Assembly: GCA_963775685.1 (NCBI GenBank)
Contig: CAVZJV010000014.1
Location: 960,001-1,024,000 of the forward strand
Direction: 5' to 3'
From: Candidatus Bathyarchaeota archaeon
GTDB lineage: Archaea > Thermoproteota > Bathyarchaeia > Bathyarchaeales > Bathycorpusculaceae
Length of the DNA: 64,000 nt
The number at the start of each line of letters is the position of its first letter. Within the stretch, counting starts at the first letter, position 1. Under the pieces are notes generated by a model that was given only the letters and a program-made list of their open reading frames with translations, did no database searches and was not told the origin of the DNA. The translations under genes and the position numbers were made by a program. Shown here piece by piece: positions 47,301 through 55,316 of this stretch.

Positions 47301-50300
47301 CCTGAACATTGGTGAAATCCCATGAATCAACTGCACCCTTGGAGACCCCATCCACCAGAACATCAACTATATGATAACCAGCATCAGCAGTAACCACGAA
47401 AGTCAAACCATCGCCATAATTCACTGAAGTCCCATTCGCACTGACGACCGACCCGTGAACAGGAGCGGGAGTAACACTAACAGTAAACACGTTAATCATG
47501 AAAGTCGCAGTAACGGTCTTGTTCCCATCTAAAGTAATCGTCACCGGGTTAACTAATCCTGACAAATCGCCACTCCAACCACTGAAACTCCAACCTGCAA
47601 TTGGAATAGCTGTCAACTCAACCACATCACCAAAACTGTAAGGAGCAGCCTTGTTCAAACTATACGAGCCGCTTCCAACAGTGTTAACTGTCAAAGTAAT
47701 GTTACTTTGGAATTGTTCTTCAGGACCCAAGGATAATGAAGGCTCTTGAGCGCTATACTGTCTGGCACGAACATTGTCAAAGAAAGCCTTGGAAACTTCA
47801 GAATAACTGCTATCTAGCCTTATCCTATCCGACCCAACAGTGCTGGCTGATACTTGATAGATTGTTCCATTTATGATTACTTTGCTGTTGGAACCGGCCC
47901 ATATTATTGTTATGTGATACCAAGAGTTCCAGCTGGCAGTTTGTAGAGTCGTAAAAGCACCGTTGTACCATTTAAATGTAGGATTGCCTCCGTCATTATA
48001 ATAATACAACGTTCCATAGTTTGCTAGTGACGGGTTGACAAGCAAGATTCTTCCTTGCGGCTGCAAATTTGCAATACCTAAGGCATTTGTGATATCCCAA
48101 TCAAAGTCAACAATTCTCTGAGAGGAACTCAGAGTGTGCTCTGCGTACACGTATCCAGCGGGGTTGTTGTCATTTAGCAATAATCCGTAGTTGCCACTAT
48201 TTTTGGCTGTTGAGTCCACATAAGCGTTGTTTGGGTCTGAATAAGTCCATTGAGATGAACTTTGATTAATATCAAGCTGTGGGTCATAAACCTCATTGAA
48301 GCTAAGTCCATACGGACCGATAAGGTCCGCGCGACCACCGATTACGTATAACTTGTTTGAGATGACTCCACAGGCTACACCATCTCGAGGATGGGAGGCA
48401 CTCGACTTTTGTTGCCAAGTATCAGTTAAAGGGTCATAAATGTACACAGTTGATTGAAAATTCCCGCTTGGATTATCTAATCCATGTGTCGTGTAGATTT
48501 GACCATTTATCACTGGGTTTTCTCGAGTAACGCCTATTCTTGCAGAAGGTAATGGAGTTTTACTTTGCCAAGTGTCACTTAGGGGATCGTAAACCTCATT
48601 TGCTGTGGAAGCATTTAGCGAATTTAAGGAGTAGCCGCCTATAACGTAAATCTTGTTGTTGACCACGGCGCATGTTCCCCATGAACGTGGGGTTGGTACG
48701 TCAGCTTTTCGTTCATATGTGTCCGTAGCGGGATAATAGACATAATGGAAGTTACCGTAAAATAGATGGATTCCGTTCCCGTATAAAACGCCCATCAAGC
48801 CTTGATGCGTTACATCTGATGGGACATCTGTTTTTATTCCCCATGTGTTAGTTGATGGGGCGTAAACCTCATTTGTATGAATAATTGAAGGTGCTATAAA
48901 AGAAGTACTATTATAAGTCAGGTAGATGGAATAAGCTGCATCCTCTTGACCGGTCAGAGGAGAGAGATTAACTGGTAGAGTCCCATCGTATGTACGTGTT
49001 TTCCATCCCGCCTGGTTGGCCACCCCAGAAACATAGCCGCCGTTGTTCCCGTCAGGAGCGTGAGAAATTAGATAATAATTGTGGTTTTGGGTTAGGTTAA
49101 AGGTTGTTGTTAAAGAAAAAGTTTGCCAGCCTTGGCTGATTCCTGTCACAACTGAGCTTTGAGCAATTTTATTTAAAGAGTCGTCGTAAATCCCCACTAT
49201 GGCGCGGTTATTTGGTGTAGTAGTCACAGTGGAAAAATAAACAGACATATTAGCTGAATATGTTCCTGTGGCACCTGTGAATTTAAAGTTAGTTACCTGA
49301 ACCTCGCCGCCCCAATTGTCGATTAATCCGGAATTGATATTGCCTAAGACATTATCGGGGCTTGTCGATATATAGGCAAGTCCAATCAGTGGAACATTAT
49401 TTTGATCCCATCCGCTGTAATAAATTGGAAAACTATTGTTAGAAAGAAGTATTTTTCCTGAAGTATCAGTAACGGGGCATGATCGATAAATGTGCAGACC
49501 GTCCCAACTTCCAGATTGCCCTGGCGCCAAAACGATTCCTGAATCGGTCCAAGATAACAAATCAGTTGAAGTTAAAAGCACGAGCTCATATGTAAATGAA
49601 TTGACCATCTGTCGGCATCCAAACATGTAGTAACCGATACCATCAGAATTGATTGCGACGTCCAAGTGACCTAAGCCTTTTAAAAATATGTTATCTTGAG
49701 GCAAGGAAATAATGGGATTATTGGAGTTACGTGAAATATTAAGGATATTATTTGAAGTGTTATTCCAAGTGAATGTTGCTAAACCCACTTTTCCCATATT
49801 GTTGCCACTTGCTTCTTCGGCATAGTAAAGGTAAAAAAGCCCATCCTTATAGAGCAAAGTCGGAGTAGTTGTTTTAGAAACCTGGCCCAAGCATTCCCAT
49901 GATTGACCCTGGGTGTCATTTCCGGATAAAACTATTGGATCTGTGTTTCCATTAACTCTCGATCCATTGTACTGTATCCAAGTTTTGCCGTCTAAAGAAT
50001 ACGCAAGAGCTATTTGCCTGCTATCCGTAGCTTGATCACCGGGACCCCACACCATGAACCATTTGTTGTAATCTTCTACGTAACAAAAGTCAGGATCAGG
50101 ATTTTCTTTATCGTTAAAAGAACCTGGTGCGCCTGCCGGAATGACAGGATTAGATATACCTAAGTCTGTCCAAGTGAGTCCATCATTACTTCTAACAACA
50201 CTGGGATTTTCGTATGAAGCGCCTTCAGTCCACGGGGTATAGATCATCCAATATTTATAACCATCCTGGCCATTTGGAAAATATAATACATCAGGATGTA

Positions 50301-51093
50301 CAACTCCACTCGCGCCATACTTGGGAATTGTAGTAAGGGGATTGTTTGAATATTTATAACTGCTAAACTGTGAATTTTCGCTATTTGCACTAGTTTGCCC
50401 ACCCATGACATAAATTTGTCCGTTATATTGAACTGCCACCTCGCCCCAACGAGCTGTTGGCATGTCTTTTTCTTGAGTCCATGAATTTAGCGCTGGATCA
50501 AAAACATATGTTATGCTTAAGATGTCGTTTGCGGTTTTGTCGTAACCTCCGAAGTAATAAAGCTTGTTATTGTAAACAGCAGACGTTCCATCTGCACTTG
50601 TTTCAGGTAATGAAGTCAGCTCGGTCCATGCAGTAGAAGAAGAGGGATGCTCAAAATCTTCAAAGAGTTCAAAGGTTGCAGTTCCGTTGCTTAAGCTCTT
50701 TGCCAATAAATTGCCATAATATTCAAAAATATTTGCAGTACCTAATGCTGGTATAGAAGAAACTTTCACCCAAACTATGGCTGATATAGAAAGATTATAG
50801 CTTTCAATCCAGTAGGGAAGGGGTGTAACTCCATTATCACCAGTAAATCTTAAGTCTGAAAAGTCAGGATTCATTGAACTTTTGTAATCTATACTGAGTC
50901 TAATCTGGTAGTTAGCTAAAACATTTGGATTCAGAGTGTTGTCAATTACTATATTAGTTCTGTTAGTCCAAGAAGAATCAAACCAAGAAGTCATAGCTTG
51001 CGCTGTGCTCTGAGATAAAATAAACATTGGACAAATTAGTGAAACAATTAGAATAACTACTACAAGATTTCTTTTCATGAATCCTCTTCTCAC
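41353..51093 (-). CDS. Giant secreted multidomain protein (DUF2341, Kelch, GH43/32-like propeller, DUF4082-like, LamG-like, 20 tandem repeats, permuted CBM32)
   Basis: Signal peptide; DFSDLRF/LPYWIE/VWVKV/YYGN; Kelch GG...YDP...W; HPDV...ENP...SNDG; QWIKIDLG; RYIQYR. Confidence 0.9.
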   Translation of the reverse strand: MRRGFMKRNLVVVILIVSLICPMFILSQSTAQAMTSWFDSSWTNRTNIVIDNTLNPNVLANYQIRLSIDYKSSMNPDFSDLRFTGDNGVTPLPYWIESYNLSISAIVWVKVSSIPALGTANIFEYYGNLLAKSLSNGTATFELFEDFEHPSSSTAWTELTSLPETSADGTSAVYNNKLYYFGGYDKTANDILSITYVFDPALNSWTQEKDMPTARWGEVAVQYNGQIYVMGGQTSANSENSQFSSYKYSNNPLTTIPKYGASGVVHPDVLYFPNGQDGYKYWMIYTPWTEGASYENPSVVRSNDGLTWTDLGISNPVIPAGAPGSFNDKENPDPDFCYVEDYNKWFMVWGPGDQATDSRQIALAYSLDGKTWIQYNGSRVNGNTDPIVLSGNDTQGQSWECLGQVSKTTTPTLLYKDGLFYLYYAEEASGNNMGKVGLATFTWNNTSNNILNISRNSNNPIISLPQDNIFLKGLGHLDVAINSDGIGYYMFGCRQMVNSFTYELVLLTSTDLLSWTDSGIVLAPGQSGSWDGLHIYRSCPVTDTSGKILLSNNSFPIYYSGWDQNNVPLIGLAYISTSPDNVLGNINSGLIDNWGGEVQVTNFKFTGATGTYSANMSVYFSTVTTTPNNRAIVGIYDDSLNKIAQSSVVTGISQGWQTFSLTTTFNLTQNHNYYLISHAPDGNNGGYVSGVANQAGWKTRTYDGTLPVNLSPLTGQEDAAYSIYLTYNSTSFIAPSIIHTNEVYAPSTNTWGIKTDVPSDVTHQGLMGVLYGNGIHLFYGNFHYVYYPATDTYERKADVPTPRSWGTCAVVNNKIYVIGGYSLNSLNASTANEVYDPLSDTWQSKTPLPSARIGVTRENPVINGQIYTTHGLDNPSGNFQSTVYIYDPLTDTWQQKSSASHPRDGVACGVISNKLYVIGGRADLIGPYGLSFNEVYDPQLDINQSSSQWTYSDPNNAYVDSTAKNSGNYGLLLNDNNPAGYVYAEHTLSSSQRIVDFDWDITNALGIANLQPQGRILLVNPSLANYGTLYYYNDGGNPTFKWYNGAFTTLQTASWNSWYHITIIWAGSNSKVIINGTIYQVSASTVGSDRIRLDSSYSEVSKAFFDNVRARQYSAQEPSLSLGPEEQFQSNITLTVNTVGSGSYSLNKAAPYSFGDVVELTAIPIAGWSFSGWSGDLSGLVNPVTITLDGNKTVTATFMINVFTVSVTPAPVHGSVVSANGTSVNYGDGLTFVVTADAGYHIVDVLVDGVSKGAVDSWDFTNVQASHTISATFAVNSFLVTVNVGSNGLSNLATQTVDSGTSLSFIFTPNLGYHVADVVVNGTTHLGSVTSYNPTITGDTSVDVTFAVNSFLVTVNVGSNGLSNLATQTVDSGTSLSFIFTPNLGYHVADVVVNGTTHLGSVTSYNPTITGDTSVDVTFAVNSFLVTVNVGSNGLSNLATQTVDSGTSLSFIFTPNLGYHVADVVVNGTTHLGSVTSYNPTITGDTSVDVTFAVNSFLVTVNVGSNGLSNLATQTVDSGTSLSFIFTPNLGYHVADVVVNGTTHLGSVTSYNPTITGDTSVDVTFAVNSFLVTVNVGSNGLSNLATQMVDSGTSLSFIFTPNLGYHVADVVVNGTTHLGSVTSYNPTITGDTSVDVTFAVNSFLVTVNVGSNGLSNLATQTVDSGTSLSFIFTPNLGYHVADVVVNGTTHLGSVTSYNPTITGDTSVDVTFAVNSFLVTVNVGSNGLSNLATQTVDSGTSLSFIFTPNLGYHVADVVVNGTTHLGSVTSYNPTITGDTSVDVTFAVNSFLVTVNVGSNGLSNLATQTVDSGTSLSFIFTPNLGYHVADVVVNGTTHLGSVTSYNPTITGDTSVDVTFAVNSFLVTVNVGSNGLSNLATQTVDSGTSLSFIFTPNLGYHVADVVVNGTTHLGSVTSYNPTITGDTSVDVTFAVNSFLVTVNVGSNGLSNLATQTVDSGTSLSFIFTPNLGYHVADVVVNGTTHLGSVTSYNPTITGDTSVDVTFAVNSFLVTVNVGSNGLSNLATQTVDSGTSLSFIFTPNLGYHVADVVVNGTTHLGSVTSYNPTITGDTSVDVTFAVNSFLVTVNVGSNGLSNLATQTVDSGTSLSFIFTPNLGYHVADVVVNGTTHLGSVTSYNPTITGDTSVDVTFAVNLYLVTVNVGSNGLSNLATQMVDSGTSLSFIFTPNLGYHVADVVVNGTTHLGSVTSYNPTITGDTSVDVTFAVNLFLVTVNVGSNGLSNLATQMVDSGTSLSFIFTPNLGYHVADVVVNGTTHLGSVTSYNPTITGDTSVDVTFAVNLYLVTVNVGSNGLSNLATQMVDSGTSLSFIFTPNLGYHVADVVVNGTTHLGSVTSYNPTITGDTSVDVTFAVNLYLVTVNVGSNGLSNLATQMVDSGASLSFIFTPNLGYHVADVVVNGTTHLGSVTSYNPTITGDTSVDVTFAVNLYLVTVNVGSNGLSNLATQMVDSGASLSFLFTPNLGYHVADVVVNGTTHLGSVTSYNPTITGDTSVDVTFAVNLYLVTVNVGSNGLSNLATQMVDSGASLSFLFTPNLGYHVADVVVNGTTHLGSVTSYNPTITGDTSVDVTFAVNLYLVTVNVGSNGLSNLATQMVDSGASLSFLFTPNLGYHVADVVVNGTTHLGSVTSYNPTITGDTSVDVTFAVNLYLVTVNVGSNGLSNLATQMVDSGASLSFLFTPNLGYHVADVVVNGTTHLGSVTSYNPTITGDTSVDVTFAVNLYLTWTQTTLTDFNSGNKNNVETTTIGQSDGDLILSKTSGVTTSTFNDNFNDGILESGWTVDKSSLSQWIKIDLGSIFSINTVKVYQSNFPNYFTQDYQIQISTDDVVYTTVGTNTLQASINNVGTNTFTATNARYVKIVILSHYLTGLSQGLNEIEVFQSGNPSTNIALNKAVTASSQWSSNYAPVRVVDGLKGTVTNASPYPWLCADNAAAYYSTISETGGVLSINAAENSFAHIERSLALSSNTINVTLAARIQVQANTGTSWCPKIALYWASGDWCGIGISNGNFITNVNVYSSQTEGFAAYSGAAPNVFLYVKIFVNSTTIQFSKSSDGLSWIVLRTASRPTSYNGSPSLLIVGKGYGNGGYTQGGYTYPNPDLDNNYPPTAGNFATSYIDDLTLTTYNSQSSEQYVSTGVFTSSVFDATSLVTWQSIYWASTLPQGTSIAIQTRSGNNLVPDSSWSNWSTIYSNSGDLILSPNNRYIQYRITFQTTNTEVTPILQSISIQYLSS
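42881..47280. repeat. 20 tandem 219-bp repeats (73-aa InlB-B-like unit)
   Basis: CCGCAAAAGT at 42891 and 47271 are 4380 bp apart = 20 x 219. Confidence 0.95.
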
Positions 51094-51242
51094 ATATTTT
51101 TCCTTTTAAACATGCTTTTAATAATACATACCTTTAAAAAACAATATTTCAAGAATAGAAATATATCACATCACCCTTAATTCACTTTTTTTGAATAAAG
51201 ACATTTACCTATAAAGAGACTTTGCTCATTACCTCTGCAAGC

Positions 51243-52259
51243 TCACGTAGACATCTTTGTTATTCTTTGCTCATAGTACATATAAAGTATCTGTTCTCTC
51301 CCCACCCGAGCGCTCATAAGTTCATAGGCTTCGCCCGCAATTGCCAATGTTAGGTCAAGGGCTTTCTTTGAATTAGAGAAGTTGTGTTGTTTGATCATTT
51401 TTGCGTAACTTCTTATTCGATAGATTCTGCGAGTACCTTTGAAATATTCTATAGGATTCAGGGCTAAAAAGAAAAATCTTTCAAATAGCAATTTGTAAAT
51501 CCAGCGGATTTTCTTGTAAGGCCGCGCAAACCAATATTTTGAATCGATAAGATCTCGACAATATCTGTCCTTTGATGTATTGTAATCGGGATGTCGATGA
51601 GGGATATCCGATGAATGTCTTCTATAAAGGTATAAAGGCTCATATATTGCCCTGCTTTTCCAACCTTTCAGGCTAACTCTAATAAGAAAATCTAGGTCCT
51701 CGTATGCTGGAAAAGTCACATCAAAACCGCCAACACTTTCAAAAGCGGCTTTTCTCACGAGAGCAGCGCCAATTACGCCCACCCACCCCCCAACAAGAAT
51801 ACTAAGTCTATGATATAGCTTAATTGGCAAGATCACAGCATTAATCTCCCCGAATAGCCTCGCTCCCGTGTACACGAAACCGATCTTGCCGTTAGTAAGC
51901 ATAATATATAATGTCTTTTCAACGTAATCTTTTTCTAAAATGTCATCCGCACCCATAGTTATGTAAAACTTGCCTCTAGAAAGTTTTATACCAGCGTTCA
52001 TAGCCGCGGATACTCCTTGATTGGACTGAAAGTAGTAACGAATAGGATAACTTTTACAAATTGATGCGGTATCATCTGTTGAACCATCGTCAACCACAAT
52101 TACCTCTATCAACCTATAGCTTTGACTGATCGCACTCTCGATAGCTTGACGCAGATATCGACCATAATTGTACGTTGGAATTATTATACTGACCAAGTTT
52201 TTCGAAAATGCTTGATCGGATCTCTTATTCATTATAACCTCACCTTTTAGGAAAATCAA
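51243..52259 (-). CDS. Glycosyltransferase family 2 (probable start ATG 52232)
   Basis: VSIIIPTYN, VVDDGSTD, ADD, YEDLD. Confidence 0.93.
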   Translation of the reverse strand: MIFLKGEVIMNKRSDQAFSKNLVSIIIPTYNYGRYLRQAIESAISQSYRLIEVIVVDDGSTDDTASICKSYPIRYYFQSNQGVSAAMNAGIKLSRGKFYITMGADDILEKDYVEKTLYIMLTNGKIGFVYTGARLFGEINAVILPIKLYHRLSILVGGWVGVIGAALVRKAAFESVGGFDVTFPAYEDLDFLIRVSLKGWKSRAIYEPLYLYRRHSSDIPHRHPDYNTSKDRYCRDLIDSKYWFARPYKKIRWIYKLLFERFFFLALNPIEYFKGTRRIYRIRSYAKMIKQHNFSNSKKALDLTLAIAGEAYELMSARVGREQILYMYYEQRITKMST

Positions 52260-52332
52260 CTAAACTAATCTGATCTTTATCTCAATCGATTAAGATCTAT
52301 CAGTCTGAAAATTAGTTATGTCCTAATTCCAG

Positions 52333-53517
52333 CTAAGAAAAATAATGCTTCAAATTAATATAAATTTTGGCAATCTCAGGAGCAACCTCACTTATGTCAT
52401 GTTTCTGAACAGCATCCATCCCTTTTGAAACAAGACGTTTCCGCAAATCAGGATCTTTAATTAGATTAATGATAGCAGCAGAAAGTTGTTTTTCATTGTG
52501 ATAGTCTACAAGCAAACCGTTTTCATTGTCCACGACTATCTCTTTCAGTATTCCTATTCTAGGAGCTATGACGGCAAGTCCAGCTGCCCAAGCCTCAATT
52601 AAAGCGAGGTAGCCAGCCTTCGTGGCAATGAAAATGTCATTGCTCCACAAGAACTTTCTAACATTTAATTGCCTTCCAACCAACACTATTGATCTCTCCA
52701 TATTCAATTCTCGAATTAAGGCTTCTACGCGATCGTGTAGTGGACCATCTCCAACTATTTGTAGCCTTGCTTCAGGAATTGCCATCGTCACAAGTTTGAA
52801 TGCACGTATCACAGTTATTGGATCTTTGGAATAATCAAGTCTTGAAATCACAACAACTCTCATTTTGTGAACAACATTGTTTGTGTGATAACGTCGAAAC
52901 TTTTGAATATTCACAAAATTAGGAATTAGACGACTTTTCTTATAAAATCCCAAGTTCCATAACTTAAAAAGAACATCTTTTGAAAATGTTGTAATAATTT
53001 TTGCACTATTCAAAACATTAAAAGCCTCTGGTGTGTCAAGGTGCATCGAGTCATTTTGATTGTTTGCAGATTCACCATGTAAAGAAACCAATAATGGACG
53101 ATTATAATGTTGACTCATATAGAGACCTATAAGAGGGTAGCGTGTTTCCCATAATCCATGAATGTGAAAAACATCTACATTTTGCATTTCCTTGCTTTTC
53201 ACAATTTCTCGATAAAGAGTTCTGGTTATAAGATTCTTAAGAAGGTTGCAGTTAGAATGAAATACCTTAAAATATATTCCCTCGAGAAAGCTCAAAATGT
53301 TTGGGCCGAACCTGATAACCTTCAATTTACCATATTGTTGACACTTAGATATCTTTCTTGAATACACATAAGAAATGTTCGATTTGTCCGTAACTAAAAG
53401 AAAATTGGCGTCAGGATCAACATCGGAAAGATAATTGGACAATGTAAGGATATAACTCTCAACTCCACCTGTTTGGAATGGAAGAAAAGTTGGCCAAAGA
53501 TGACAAATTGTAACCAA
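52333..53517 (-). CDS. Glycosyltransferase family 4
   Basis: GGVE, SRLDYSKD, ALIEAWAAG. Confidence 0.9.
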   Translation of the reverse strand: MVTICHLWPTFLPFQTGGVESYILTLSNYLSDVDPDANFLLVTDKSNISYVYSRKISKCQQYGKLKVIRFGPNILSFLEGIYFKVFHSNCNLLKNLITRTLYREIVKSKEMQNVDVFHIHGLWETRYPLIGLYMSQHYNRPLLVSLHGESANNQNDSMHLDTPEAFNVLNSAKIITTFSKDVLFKLWNLGFYKKSRLIPNFVNIQKFRRYHTNNVVHKMRVVVISRLDYSKDPITVIRAFKLVTMAIPEARLQIVGDGPLHDRVEALIRELNMERSIVLVGRQLNVRKFLWSNDIFIATKAGYLALIEAWAAGLAVIAPRIGILKEIVVDNENGLLVDYHNEKQLSAAIINLIKDPDLRKRLVSKGMDAVQKHDISEVAPEIAKIYINLKHYFS

Positions 53518-54129
53518 TCGTACACAACCGTTAAAATAATCAGAATTATTTTAGATGAATCATATTGAAATATGAATTATTCGCTCAAGTCTTGATGAAT
53601 GATTGTATAAAAAGCTTTTGAATATATAGAATTTAGTTGGATATAATGTCTAAATAATATAGAAACAAACATCGTTTTCATTGAGAATTGGAACCAAATA
53701 ACTTAATGCCAATTTATAAATTATGGTAATTACCATTTCTAAAATTTTCATATACGACTAATATTGATTGAATAAAGTATCAAACAATACAAAATTTTGT
53801 GCATATAGAGCAAATGCCGACGTCGCGGTAATCGGAGCAAATAAGAAAAGTATTTTTTTAAAAAAATGAGACCAATGGACACAGGATTTTGTAAAATTAT
53901 CTAAATAATATGTCATTGATCAAGTTGAAGCAAACATTAGATCCTTGTTAAGCTTATTTGAAATAATTGCTAATTTCAATCAACTAGAACACACTGTAAT
54001 AAGAAACATTAACATTACGTTAGCAACTCGAGTTTATTTAGAGCCAAAATGTGATGAAACTAATGAGAGAAACTATGAAATCATTTGACAATAAATTGCA
54101 ACAGGTTTAATCGTTATTTTTTCAGATAG

Positions 54130-55017
54130 TTAAAGTTTAGACGATGAACGAAATTTAAGATATAATGCTACCCCAAAACCTAATCCTTTAAAGTAAGACA
54201 TTAAGGCATCCATATTCCCAGATTGAATCATCATAAGAAGTATCAAGAAAGGAAAATTTCGATTCCCATAATAGACTAAATTCTTAAAGAGAAACTTGGC
54301 TGCGCCAATTGTAGAAGATATATTTTTGCCAGCAAAAACAAAAAGATTCCGATGCCAGTAAAAAGACCTAACAGAGTTTAAAAGTTTGTTGGAATCATTA
54401 GCTAAAACCTTGTGCCAGCAAATAGCCTTATTTACACAAACTGTCCTGTAGCCAGCTTCCTTAACCCTATAGCAAAGATCAAGTTCTTCATGATACAGGA
54501 AATAAAAGGAGTAAAAGGGACCTATTTTTCTCAAAGCACTACGCCTAATCATCAAAGCAGCGCCTACAACAATAGGAACGTCTACAACATTCTGCGAGTT
54601 TCTAACGTTTTGATAGAACCAAACTTCCGAGGGATTATCATATTTGTAAGTTAGAGGACCCAGTATACCAATAGAGTCATCACTTCTAGCCACTTTCAGA
54701 AGTTCAATCACACAATTCTTATCCAATACCGCATCGTCATCTACAAAGAATAAGAAGTCTCCACTTGAATTCCTAATTCCGACATTCCGTCCACCCGGGA
54801 CGCCCAAGTTCTCTTCGCCAGTAAAATCTACTAATTTCATATTTGGATAATCTAATGAAGAATAAAGTGAAGGTGTATTCGTACTATTATCAACTAATAT
54901 TAATTCCAAGTTTGAATATGAAAGCGACCGTATAGAATCTAAACATTCCAATACATCATTTTTTGAACGATTGAATGTTGTCACGATTATTGAAACTTTT
55001 GGACAAAAACTGATCAT
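54130..55017 (-). CDS. Glycosyltransferase family 2
   Basis: VSIIVTTFN, GGRNVG, VDDD, YHEELDLC. Confidence 0.92.
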   Translation of the reverse strand: MISFCPKVSIIVTTFNRSKNDVLECLDSIRSLSYSNLELILVDNSTNTPSLYSSLDYPNMKLVDFTGEENLGVPGGRNVGIRNSSGDFLFFVDDDAVLDKNCVIELLKVARSDDSIGILGPLTYKYDNPSEVWFYQNVRNSQNVVDVPIVVGAALMIRRSALRKIGPFYSFYFLYHEELDLCYRVKEAGYRTVCVNKAICWHKVLANDSNKLLNSVRSFYWHRNLFVFAGKNISSTIGAAKFLFKNLVYYGNRNFPFLILLMMIQSGNMDALMSYFKGLGFGVALYLKFRSSSKL

Positions 55018-55316
55018 ATAGTTCTATATTCCTTTATTCTTCTTCATGAACGTATATATTTATAGAAACAGCGTTTCTTTAAGAAGAAAACAATTGTTGG
55101 TCGAAATCTGAGACTATGGACTATAAGAAAATTTTGTTTATACCTTAAAACTTTTTGAATTTAGATAACAATAGCTATATCCGAAATATAGTGGAACAAG
55201 TTTAGTTATATTGCAGAAAACAACAGGCAGTGATGAAAAGAGAGTTCGAACCTGCCACTTTCCTTATGTCATCACTATTTATTCAATCTTTCCAATAATC
55301 AAATAATTTCTTCTTT

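Noticed and set aside
55229-55280. C/D box sRNA
   Set aside because: A C-box-like GTGATGA is present but no CTGA D box at a suitable distance
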